Shown here in pieces: positions 19,910 to 27,930 of a DNA stretch of 64,000 bases. A program made the position numbers and the translations under genes. Positions within the stretch are counted from its first letter, which is position 1. Each line of letters begins with the position of its first letter. The stretch covers positions 39,712 through 103,711 of the forward strand of contig JBGUKY010000008.1 in NCBI GenBank assembly GCA_045114635.1, in the 5' to 3' direction. A model generated the notes under the pieces. That model did no database searches and was not told the origin of the DNA. It was given only the letters and a program-made list of their open reading frames with translations. This DNA is from Candidatus Enterousia sp. (GTDB lineage Bacteria > Pseudomonadota > Alphaproteobacteria > Rs-D84).

Positions 19910-20217
19910 CCCTGCTCTGTTAAATCAAGTTCAAGACGTGCCGCATCACTCATTCTGGATATATCCCATGCAGGATCCCATACGAGTTTTACATCAACAA
20001 CTTTTCCGTTAACAACTGTTTCAATATTTGTCTTAACCTGACTTAAAATATCTTCCATCATTGGACAAGTAGGACTTGTAAATGTCATTTTTATAATGAC
20101 GCTGTCTTCATTTATTGCGATATCATAAATAAGACCCAAATCCCAGATATTCACAGGAATCTCTGGGTCATAAACTTTTTTGATTTCATTAATAATATCT
20201 TCACGTAAATCAGACAT
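19903..20217 (-). CDS. DUF59 Fe-S assembly protein (SufT/PaaD-like)
   Basis: 'VYDPEIPVNIWDLGLIY' and 'TSPTCP' motifs, 104 aa. Confidence 0.72.
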   Translation of the reverse strand: MSDLREDIINEIKKVYDPEIPVNIWDLGLIYDIAINEDSVIIKMTFTSPTCPMMEDILSQVKTNIETVVNGKVVDVKLVWDPAWDISRMSDAARLELDLTEQGW

Positions 20218-21315
20218 TTACTTCAATAATTCCTTTAGCGCATCAACAACATATTTGGCGTCATCCATTGTATTCCAAGGTCCAACAGAAAGACGAACAC
20301 TGCCATCAATATTTAATTTCTTATGTATCCAAGATGCACACATATTACCAACACGAACACAAATATCCTTTGCACCAAGCAGCGCACCAAAATCGATAAC
20401 ATGCATAGATTGTGGGACAAAACTTATCATACATGCATCAGGCGATGTTAATAATTTTATATTTTCTATTTTTGATAATTCATCATACATATAATGTATT
20501 AAATCACGACAACCGCCCCAATTTTCACAACAATCGATCGCATATGGCAAACCTATAATTTGTGTAATTGGCAAAGTTCCTGCTTCAAACTTGTCTGGCA
20601 CACTATTCAAGATAATATTTTTATCACCAACTATGCGATTGACCATACCGCCACCAAATTTATCAACAGCATAATCATCAGGATTTTTGATATACATTAT
20701 ACCGACACCCGTATTGCTACCTATTTTATGTCCAGAAAAAGCCAAGAAATCACAATCAAATTTTTTAACATCTATTTTGTTGTGTACGACGAATTGTGCA
20801 GCATCTATAACTATTATGGCTTTTGGATTTATATTATGTATTGCTTGAACAATCTGAACAACATCTTGTGCAATTCCAACAACATTGGACATCGCAGTTA
20901 CAACATAAACATCTGCGTTTGGAATATTATTTATATCAATATTTAACCTGTCATCCAATGGCATGACAAGCGTTTTATAATTCATTTCAAAAGGAAGTCT
21001 GGCACTATGATGATCCAAATCAGATACAGCAACTGTCATATTTTTATCTGGAAATGTATTTTTCAAGATGGCAACAATTCTATTAAAAGTATCTGTTGTC
21101 CCAGATGTAAAAACGATGTTTTCTTTATCTGCACTTATAAAATCAGCTACCCTTTGTCTGGCATTCATAATCATGTCATCAACATGACCTGCACGGGCAC
21201 AAATGCCACGTCCTGCATTTGCGTATGAATTACGCAGAAAACAAGCCTCGGCTTCTATCACAGATTGTGGCTTTAACCAGCTTGCTGCCGCATCCATATA
21301 AACGAATTTTTTCAT
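20218..21315 (-). CDS. sufS: class V aminotransferase, cysteine desulfurase (SufS-like)
   Basis: PLP lysine 'FSGHKIG' and active-site Cys in 'VRVGNMCASW'. At 365 aa it is shorter than a typical SufS. Confidence 0.78.
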   Translation of the reverse strand: MKKFVYMDAAASWLKPQSVIEAEACFLRNSYANAGRGICARAGHVDDMIMNARQRVADFISADKENIVFTSGTTDTFNRIVAILKNTFPDKNMTVAVSDLDHHSARLPFEMNYKTLVMPLDDRLNIDINNIPNADVYVVTAMSNVVGIAQDVVQIVQAIHNINPKAIIVIDAAQFVVHNKIDVKKFDCDFLAFSGHKIGSNTGVGIMYIKNPDDYAVDKFGGGMVNRIVGDKNIILNSVPDKFEAGTLPITQIIGLPYAIDCCENWGGCRDLIHYMYDELSKIENIKLLTSPDACMISFVPQSMHVIDFGALLGAKDICVRVGNMCASWIHKKLNIDGSVRLSVGPWNTMDDAKYVVDALKELLK

Positions 21316-21388
21316 GTCGTTTTTCTCTTGCTTTTTGTTATGATTATAATAAACTAAATCGAAATATCAATAACATAAGGAGAAAAAG

Positions 21389-21706
21389 ATGGCGCTTAAA
21401 CATGCTAATGATGAAACATTTGATTCAATGATAGGAAGCGGTTTAACATTGGTAGATTTCTGGGCTTCATGGTGCGGTCCTTGCCAAATGTTTGGCCCAA
21501 TATTCGAAAGCGTGTCTGACGAAAAAACAGAAGTCAATTTTGTAAAATTTGAAATTGATGAAACTAACCGACGCACACCTGCAAAATTCGGTATACGCAG
21601 TATCCCAAGCGTTCTGGCATTTAAAGATGGCGAATTAAAAGAAGCCCGCACAGGATTAATGGATGAAGAAACCCTTATTCAATGGATAGAAGAATTAAAA
21701 GGCTAA
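21389..21706 (+). CDS. trxA: thioredoxin
   Basis: 'WASWCGPC' active site, 105 aa, AAGGAG RBS. Confidence 0.92.
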   Translation: MALKHANDETFDSMIGSGLTLVDFWASWCGPCQMFGPIFESVSDEKTEVNFVKFEIDETNRRTPAKFGIRSIPSVLAFKDGELKEARTGLMDEETLIQWIEELKG

Positions 21707-21710
21707 TTAA

Positions 21711-22142
21711 ATGGTAAAAAAGAATTATAAAAGTATTGTTTTAGATCCAAAATACACACCAAAAAAGTCGGAACCTTATATGTGTCCTGAACAATTGGCG
21801 TATTTTTATCAATTATTAAATGCCCAACACGACCAAATTGTTAATGACCGTGAAGCTGTTTTGAACGATGTTCGTTTGGCAGAAAAAAATGAAACAGCTG
21901 GCGTTGGCGATGAACAAGATCAAGCAGCAGCAGAACAAGAAATCACTATGAATTTGCGTATGTCTGAACGTAATGCGAATTTATTAGAAAAGATCAAAGC
22001 TGCATTGGAACGTATTGAAAATGGCACATTCGGATACAGTGTTATATCTGGTGACGAAATTGGACTTCAACGTATGTTGGCAAGACCTTTGGCCACAATG
22101 ACAGTCGAAGAACAAGAAGAATACGAACAGCGTAAACATTAA
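21711..22142 (+). CDS. dksA: DksA/TraR-family RNA polymerase-binding regulator (Cys-less C-terminus)
   Basis: The coiled-coil tip 'DEQDQAAAEQE' (DxxDxA) is present. In the C-terminal 'GTFGYSVISGDEIG...ATMTVEEQ' all four zinc-finger Cys positions are substituted. Confidence 0.8.
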   Translation: MVKKNYKSIVLDPKYTPKKSEPYMCPEQLAYFYQLLNAQHDQIVNDREAVLNDVRLAEKNETAGVGDEQDQAAAEQEITMNLRMSERNANLLEKIKAALERIENGTFGYSVISGDEIGLQRMLARPLATMTVEEQEEYEQRKH

Positions 22143-22174
22143 AAAAGACCGCCCAAACGGGCGGTTTCTTTTTT
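22141..22174. terminator. bidirectional rho-independent terminator between dksA and tatA
   Basis: AAAAAAGACCGCCCAAACGGGCGGTTTCTTTTTT: a 7-bp GC stem with A-run and T-run flanks, between convergent genes. Confidence 0.68.
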
Positions 22175-22185
22175 ATTATCAAATA

Positions 22186-22377
22186 TTATTTTGATTTTTT
22201 CTTGGCAGCAACTTTTTTCTTTGCCGCTGGCTTTGGTTCGTCTTTCACTTCTTTTTTGAAAGTTTTAATTCCATTCGCAACGTTTTTCATCATCGCTGGA
22301 ATCTTTGCAGAACCAAACAATATCAAAATCAAAACAACTATTAAAATTATTTCCCAAATACCGCCTCTTCCAAACAT
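22186..22377 (-). CDS. tatA: twin-arginine translocase subunit TatA/E
   Basis: 'MFGRGGIWEIILIVVLILILFGSAKIP' is a classical TatA N-terminus; 63 aa. Confidence 0.82.
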   Translation of the reverse strand: MFGRGGIWEIILIVVLILILFGSAKIPAMMKNVANGIKTFKKEVKDEPKPAAKKKVAAKKKSK

Positions 22378-22392
22378 ATCTGTCTCCTTTTA

Positions 22393-23133
22393 TTATTTAG
22401 TCACATAACAATCAAGACCATCTGATTTTGCATTTCTACAAAAACCATTTGCATCGCTTGCATTTTGGAAAGCTACACGCAATCTGTATGTTGTTTGACC
22501 TTTAACTTGAGCAGCCAAAATAACAAATTGTTTACCAGAGAACAAACTGCTGTGTGCAGAACGCAACTTTTGTTCTGCGCTTTGTGCTGCGCCACGGCTG
22601 CTATAAGAACCAAATTGAACATAAACACTTCCATTAGAAGCAGCTGCAACAGGTTTTGTCGCTGCTGGTTTTGCAGCTGGCTTTTTTGCAGCTGGTTTAG
22701 CCACCGCTTTATCTGGATCAAATGTTACTTCTTTCCTGTCAGAGACTACACGCACAGGTGTTCCGTTTGATTCAACAGGTTTGGCTTCCACTGGTAGCGG
22801 TACTGGTTTTGGTTCGGCAACCGGTGCAGGTTTTGGTTGTGGTACAACCTCTACTGGTTTCGCAGGAACATTCAAGTCCGCGACAGGTGCCGGGGCGTTA
22901 TCTGCTTTCTGAACAGGGGCGTCCAAATCAATGTTTACTGTTGTGCCCGAATCGCTACCAACACGTGCGATTATTATCCAAGTTGCCAATATGATAATAA
23001 CAACACCCAACCCCATCAAAAGCCATGGTTTCTTTGGACGTGGCGTTGTAAAAGGTGTTGCTTCTGGCAAAGCATCAACCTGACTTGATTCTTCTTCAAG
23101 GTCTAATAAATCTAAATCTTGTTCTTGATCCAT
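22393..23133 (-). CDS. SPOR-domain protein with Pro/Ala-rich linker
   Basis: Acidic N-terminus, a single TM, a PA-rich repeat linker, and a C-terminal 'YVQFGSYSSRGAAQSAEQKLR...YRLRVAF' SPOR fold pattern. Confidence 0.75.
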   Translation of the reverse strand: MDQEQDLDLLDLEEESSQVDALPEATPFTTPRPKKPWLLMGLGVVIIILATWIIIARVGSDSGTTVNIDLDAPVQKADNAPAPVADLNVPAKPVEVVPQPKPAPVAEPKPVPLPVEAKPVESNGTPVRVVSDRKEVTFDPDKAVAKPAAKKPAAKPAATKPVAAASNGSVYVQFGSYSSRGAAQSAEQKLRSAHSSLFSGKQFVILAAQVKGQTTYRLRVAFQNASDANGFCRNAKSDGLDCYVTK

Positions 23134-23193
23134 AATATCCCCCTATTTTTTTATCATAAGGATATTATATCACAAAAAAAGCAATATCCCAAA

Positions 23194-23334
23194 TTATTTT
23201 GGCATATTTCCAAAATTAGGAGGAACAATCAATTTATGGTTTGTTTCAACAATTGGTTCATTTTCGCATTTACAACATCCAGCTACACAAATAACTGTTG
23301 AACACAACGCAAAAAGTAATAATATTTTTTTCAT
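23194..23334 (-). CDS. 46-aa lipoprotein, DUF3035/BamF-like (not in the ORF track)
   Basis: Hand translation gives MKKILLLFALCSTVICVAGCCKCENEPIVETNHKLIVPPNFGNMPK. It has lipobox 'VAGC' and an 'L.VPPNF' motif like alphaproteobacterial DUF3035. Its ATG overlaps the stop of the upstream 68-aa ORF (ATGA). Confidence 0.4.
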   Translation of the reverse strand: MKKILLLFALCSTVICVAGCCKCENEPIVETNHKLIVPPNFGNMPK

Positions 23335-23537
23335 CTCTCTAAACCTTTTAATTGTTCTTGTTGTTTCCACATTCTTTTTTGCATATGATAACGATAATCT
23401 TCTGCCGCTTCTATAGTTTTAAAATCTTTTAATTCTCGTTCAAATTTAAAAGATTTATTTTTCTTACGTTTGTAATACACAGGTACATAATACAAATCAA
23501 ATATATTTTTACGCACAGGAAGAACATCTACTATCAT
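23331..23537 (-). CDS. hypothetical basic protein (68 aa)
   Basis: Intact ORF whose stop overlaps the start of the mini-lipoprotein. No recognisable family. Confidence 0.4.
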   Translation of the reverse strand: MIVDVLPVRKNIFDLYYVPVYYKRKKNKSFKFERELKDFKTIEAAEDYRYHMQKRMWKQQEQLKGLER

Positions 23538-23557
23538 TATCTTTCCTTATTTTAATT

Positions 23558-23585
23558 ATATCAGGGTAAAAAATTACCCTGATAT
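23558..23585 (-). terminator. perfect 12-bp hairpin 3' of thrS (terminator or processing site)
   Basis: ATATCAGGGTAA-AAAA-TTACCCTGATAT, located 4 nt after the thrS stop. The trailing U-tract is poor, so its function is uncertain. Confidence 0.45.
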
Positions 23586-23588
23586 TAA

Positions 23589-25322
23589 TTATAACGGCAT
23601 TTTTACTGCATTTGTCATAAATTCAATAAATTCAGACAAAGATTTAACTTCTTGTCCTTCTTTACCAAGATGACGCAGCGTGACCGTTTTATCGTTCATC
23701 TCTTTTTCGCCAACAACAGCGATGATCGGTGTCTTTGATAAAGACAATTCACGAACTTTATAGTTAACTTTTTCGTCACGCAAATCAGCACGTGCAATCA
23801 CACCATTGTTGCGTAAAGATTCAACGACTTCATTTGCATAATCTTTATATTTTTCGGATACAGGCACAACAACAACAGGTTCTGGAGACAACCATAATGG
23901 TAAAACACCACCTGTTGATTCCAGTAATACCCCCATAAATCTTTCAATAGAACCTAATAATGCACGATGCAACATGATTGGACGATGTTTTTCACCATCT
24001 TCACCAACATAAGATAAATCAAATCTTTCTGGTAAATTCATATCTAATTGAACAGTACCACATTGCCATACGCGCCCCATAGAATCCTTCAGATAGATAT
24101 CTATTTTTGGTCCATAGAATGCAGCATCATGCTCTGCTATTTCATATTCGATATTATTTACATCCAAAGCATGTTGCAAAGCACTTTCTGCACTGTCCCA
24201 AACTTCATCAGAACCGATACGGAATTCAGACAACGGGCGTGTTGCTAATTTCATTGTGATTTTATCAAATCCGAACTTGCCATAAATATCTTTGATAAAG
24301 CGCAAGATTTTTACAACTTCGCTTTCAAGTTGTTCTTCTGTACAGAAAATGTGTGCATCGTCTTGAGTAAATTCACGAACACGCATCAATCCCGCCAAAG
24401 CACCTGCAGCTTCATAACGATTAACCTTTCCAAATTCAGCCAAATACAATGGCAAATCTTTATAAGATTTCATACCATTACCGAACACCAACATACCCCC
24501 TGGACAAGACATAGGCTTTACACAGAAAACCTTGCCATCTTGTGTTGTTCCAGAATAATTGTGTGCACCATATTTTGCCCAGTGTCCAGATTTTTCCCAC
24601 AAACATCTGTCCATAACGGAAGGCGTGGAAATTTCTTGATAACCTGCCCTTTCTTGGCGCGCGCGAATATATTCAATTAATTTGCGATAAATACGATAAC
24701 CTTTGTCATGCCAGAACACAGCCCCTGGTGCATATTCAGGTTCGAAATGGAATAAATCCATCTCTTTACCAAGTTTACGGTTATCACGCGCTGCTGCTTC
24801 TTCTTGCATTTTCAAGAATTCCGCCAACGCTTCTGCGCTTTCGAACGCATCAACATAAATACGTTGCAACATTTTATTCTTGGAATCACCCTTCCAATAA
24901 GCACCAGCAACAGTTTTAATCTTAAAACCATCTTTTGGTAAATCTTTACTGGACGCAACGTGTGGTCCACGACACAAATCTGTAAAGTCGCGGAAAGTAT
25001 AAATAGATAATACTTCACCGTTTGCATCATATTCATTCAACCATTCCATTTTATATGGTTGATCTTTGAATAATTCTTTGGCTTCTTCTAATGATATTTC
25101 ACGTCTATCAAAACGACCATCAGATTTAATCAAAGATTTCATTTCCTTTTCAATCGCTGCAAAGTCTTCTTCGCTGAATCTGTGTTCTGTATCGAAATCG
25201 TAATAAAAGCCGTTTTCAATTGCAGGACCACCAGCAAATTTAACATCTGGATATAATTTTTGAACTGCTGCCGCCATTACGTGTGCTAATGAATGACGAA
25301 CCGTTTCTATTGGATAAGACAT
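23589..25322 (-). CDS. thrS: threonine--tRNA ligase lacking the N-terminal TGS domain
   Basis: It starts at 'ETVRHSLAHVMAAAVQKLYPDVKFAGGPAIENGFYYDFD' (editing-domain HxxxH). Class II motifs and an anticodon-binding domain are present. It is 577 aa. Confidence 0.92.
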   Translation of the reverse strand: MSYPIETVRHSLAHVMAAAVQKLYPDVKFAGGPAIENGFYYDFDTEHRFSEEDFAAIEKEMKSLIKSDGRFDRREISLEEAKELFKDQPYKMEWLNEYDANGEVLSIYTFRDFTDLCRGPHVASSKDLPKDGFKIKTVAGAYWKGDSKNKMLQRIYVDAFESAEALAEFLKMQEEAAARDNRKLGKEMDLFHFEPEYAPGAVFWHDKGYRIYRKLIEYIRARQERAGYQEISTPSVMDRCLWEKSGHWAKYGAHNYSGTTQDGKVFCVKPMSCPGGMLVFGNGMKSYKDLPLYLAEFGKVNRYEAAGALAGLMRVREFTQDDAHIFCTEEQLESEVVKILRFIKDIYGKFGFDKITMKLATRPLSEFRIGSDEVWDSAESALQHALDVNNIEYEIAEHDAAFYGPKIDIYLKDSMGRVWQCGTVQLDMNLPERFDLSYVGEDGEKHRPIMLHRALLGSIERFMGVLLESTGGVLPLWLSPEPVVVVPVSEKYKDYANEVVESLRNNGVIARADLRDEKVNYKVRELSLSKTPIIAVVGEKEMNDKTVTLRHLGKEGQEVKSLSEFIEFMTNAVKMPL

Positions 25323-25369
25323 AATTTACCTTCTTATTTTTTTATATATTCTTATTTTACTGCTTGTTT

Positions 25370-25398
25370 ATTATAATACGCGCGATATTTTTGCGCAA
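25370..25398 (-). promoter_or_regulatory. candidate sigma-70 promoter for thrS
   Basis: On the minus strand: TTGCGC, a 17-nt spacer, then TATAAT, about 45 nt upstream of the thrS ATG. Confidence 0.4.
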
Positions 25399-25497
25399 AT
25401 AAAAATCTAGACCCCCAAAGGGGTTGTAGTAGTCAATGTAAAAATAGATAACATATAAATCATATTTGATATTTTAATACTATAATATATAAAAGTC

Positions 25498-25530
25498 AAA
25501 AAAAATCCGCCATTTCGGCGGATTTCTTTA
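25498..25530 (-). terminator. rho-independent terminator after the TPR gene
   Basis: On the minus strand, the ATCCGCC-GAAAT-GGCGGAT hairpin is followed by T8. It is directly downstream of the stop at 25534. Confidence 0.68.
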
Positions 25531-25533
25531 TTT

Positions 25534-26493
25534 TTAATCCAGACCACCTAAAAGGCCCTGTATACGCGCCATGCTTTCTTCATCATTCAAAGCCGCAGCG
25601 ATTGCAAACGCAGATTCCAAATCTGTTTTGGCAGCAGATACGTTTCCAATGTTCAAATTCAATGCTGCTGACTTTTCAAAGTAAGACATTGCACTGCTTG
25701 ATTGTGCTTCGCGCATTTCTTGTGTTGGCGCAGCTTGTATCTGTTCACTTATTACACGAACCGCGGAAGTATAATCGTTGATTGCATTTTCGTATTCCCC
25801 CAATGCGGTATATGCTTCTGCGCGTTCTGCATATACATTTGCAGAAATACTACCTTCGGCCCTTGCCAAAGAGTTTGTATAATCAGCAACTGCACCTTGC
25901 CAATTCTTACGCCAAAGGTTCAATTGACCACGTTTAGCATACAAATCACGCAAATTCAGAACATCTGATGGTTTCATAGATTGGGCAGCCAAAGCATTAT
26001 TGATATCCGCCAATGCTGCTTCATAATTTTCAAGACGTGTATTCAACAAAGCCCTGTCATAAAAAGCGACAGCATTTACACCATCAATTTGCAAAGCAGA
26101 ATCAAAATCTGCCAATGCTTTTTGATAATCACCAATTTGCATATATGCTTCGCCACGCAAAGTGTATGTATCCGAAGCAGCGTTTGAATCAATTGATGCA
26201 TTCAAACTTGCGATAGCGGCTTCCATATCGCCTGCAATCAATTGTTCTTTGGCATCAGCAACATAATCTTCTGCTTTAACCAAAGTTTCTTCTGCTATCA
26301 CTACATTTGGACGTGGATGAGTAAACTCATGACTGCGTCCCAAGATATAAAAAGTAGAAGCAATAAAGAACAAAATTATGAACCAGTATGCATAAATAGA
26401 CCAAGACCAAACATTAACACAGCAACCGCTTGATGCTGGCTTGCTAGCAGCTGATGTTGACTTGATTTTCTTTGTAGTTTTTGTTTTTTTCAT
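25534..26493 (-). CDS. membrane-anchored TPR repeat protein
   Basis: An N-terminal TM (WSIYAYWFIILFFIASTFYIL) is followed by several TPR-like repeats (e.g. 'RGEAYMQIGDYQKALADFDSALQID'). Confidence 0.75.
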   Translation of the reverse strand: MKKTKTTKKIKSTSAASKPASSGCCVNVWSWSIYAYWFIILFFIASTFYILGRSHEFTHPRPNVVIAEETLVKAEDYVADAKEQLIAGDMEAAIASLNASIDSNAASDTYTLRGEAYMQIGDYQKALADFDSALQIDGVNAVAFYDRALLNTRLENYEAALADINNALAAQSMKPSDVLNLRDLYAKRGQLNLWRKNWQGAVADYTNSLARAEGSISANVYAERAEAYTALGEYENAINDYTSAVRVISEQIQAAPTQEMREAQSSSAMSYFEKSAALNLNIGNVSAAKTDLESAFAIAAALNDEESMARIQGLLGGLD

Positions 26494-26522
26494 AAAAATC
26501 TCCCTTCCCTGTTAATCTGATT

Positions 26523-27221
26523 TTAGAAATTTTTTAACATCAGGTCAATTGTTTTCTTGTCTATTTCTAAAATTTTTCCAACTGCTAATTTTTCCAGCTT
26601 TACAGCACCATATGACACACGATGTAAAGCCTTCACCGGTGATCCAATATGTTTAAGCACGATTCTGATTTCGTTTTTTTTGCCTTCAATAACAGTTATC
26701 TTTAAATTATGTTTATCTAATTCTTGTATTTTCATCGGGCGATATTTTATTCCATCAACACATACACCCTTGCGTGCAAAATCCAAACCAGATTTTGTAT
26801 ATTTATCCACTGTCGCAATATATGTTCGTTCAATATGGTTTTGCGGCAAAGACATTTTACGTGCAAAATCACCATTGTTAGTTAGCAATAATAAACCTGT
26901 TGTTTTGAAATCAAGACGTCCTATGTATTTAAGATTTTTATATTTTTTATCCAATACATCATATATTGTTTTGCGTCCCAACGGATCACGCGCCGTTGTC
27001 ATTGTATTGATAGGTTTATGAAAGGCATACAATTTTATACCAGTATCTTTTTTTATCTCTTTACCATTTACAGAAACAATATCGCCATCTTCAACAAAAA
27101 ACACTGGTGTATCTATAACCACACCATTTACGGACACAGCACCTTTTTGTATAAGTTCTTCGGCACCACGACGTGATGCTGCACCAGAATCTGCAATATA
27201 TTTAGCCAATCGTGTCGTCAT
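26523..27221 (-). CDS. RsuA/RluB-family pseudouridine synthase
   Basis: S4 domain 'RLAKYIADSGAASRRGAEELIQKGAVSVNG' and catalytic 'GRLDFKTTGLLLLTNNG'. Confidence 0.85.
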   Translation of the reverse strand: MTTRLAKYIADSGAASRRGAEELIQKGAVSVNGVVIDTPVFFVEDGDIVSVNGKEIKKDTGIKLYAFHKPINTMTTARDPLGRKTIYDVLDKKYKNLKYIGRLDFKTTGLLLLTNNGDFARKMSLPQNHIERTYIATVDKYTKSGLDFARKGVCVDGIKYRPMKIQELDKHNLKITVIEGKKNEIRIVLKHIGSPVKALHRVSYGAVKLEKLAVGKILEIDKKTIDLMLKNF

Positions 27222-27877
27222 TTATTTAACACCTTTGATACAACGACCACCGCCGCTGTTTCAGCACGTAATATTGTTTTACCAAGTGACAAACCTGTAA
27301 CGCCCGCTTTGTCCATTTTTTCAAATTCTACAACCGAAAAACCACCTTCGGGACCAACAAAAACACGCTTGCCGGAAACTTGTTCTTTTTCACCCTCTTT
27401 TCCATGTGCGAATCTTTCATCAGCAACTATCAAACCTTTTAAATCAAGATCATCAAATTTTATTGGTTCCATTAAATTCGGAATACTGTTTCGATTTGAT
27501 TGTTCGGACGCCTCTATCATTATCTTTTTTATGCGCGACCAATTTATATGATTAGCAACCGTGCGATTTGTAATAACTGGCACAAAAGTTCCAACACCCA
27601 TCTGGGTTGCCATATTCACCAATTCGTCTGTCTTTTTTATTGGCGCAAAATAAAGGGTTAAATCATTACTTGGGTCAACATGTTCTGTTTTCGTACCAAT
27701 TACTATATTCTTGTTATCATCAGATAATTTTGCTGTATATTCATCACCATTATTGAACACCAAACAATCAGATGTGCGCATAACACGACGTAAATAATGT
27801 ACGACATCTTTATCTATTGCGATTGTTTTTCCTGGTTCTATTTTTTCATTTAAAAATATTCTTGGTGTATTTTGCAT
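27218..27877 (-). CDS. rsmE: 16S rRNA (uracil1498-N3)-methyltransferase
   Basis: 'PRIFLNE' N-terminus and the 'FVGPEGGFS..E' SPOUT motif. The ATG at 27877 is preferred over the TTG at 27928. Confidence 0.8.
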   Translation of the reverse strand: MQNTPRIFLNEKIEPGKTIAIDKDVVHYLRRVMRTSDCLVFNNGDEYTAKLSDDNKNIVIGTKTEHVDPSNDLTLYFAPIKKTDELVNMATQMGVGTFVPVITNRTVANHINWSRIKKIMIEASEQSNRNSIPNLMEPIKFDDLDLKGLIVADERFAHGKEGEKEQVSGKRVFVGPEGGFSVVEFEKMDKAGVTGLSLGKTILRAETAAVVVVSKVLNK

Positions 27878-27914
27878 TTTTTTAATCTTTATTATATAAA
27901 AAGGTTTCTTTTTA

Positions 27915-27923
27915 TGATATAAT
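27915..27923 (+). promoter_or_regulatory. extended -10 box (TGATATAAT) 7 nt upstream of the coupling-protein ATG
   Basis: The sequence TGATATAAT-atcaatc-ATG has no Shine-Dalgarno in between. Confidence 0.33.
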
Positions 27924-27930
27924 ATCAATC

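Noticed and set aside
25323-25497. A possible T-box, riboswitch or operator structure in the thrS 5' region (small hairpin ACCCCC-AAA-GGGGT).
   Set aside because: The hairpin lies upstream of the likely promoter (TTGCGC-17-TATAAT). The remaining leader of about 45 nt is too short for a T-box, and no specifier or antiterminator features were seen.
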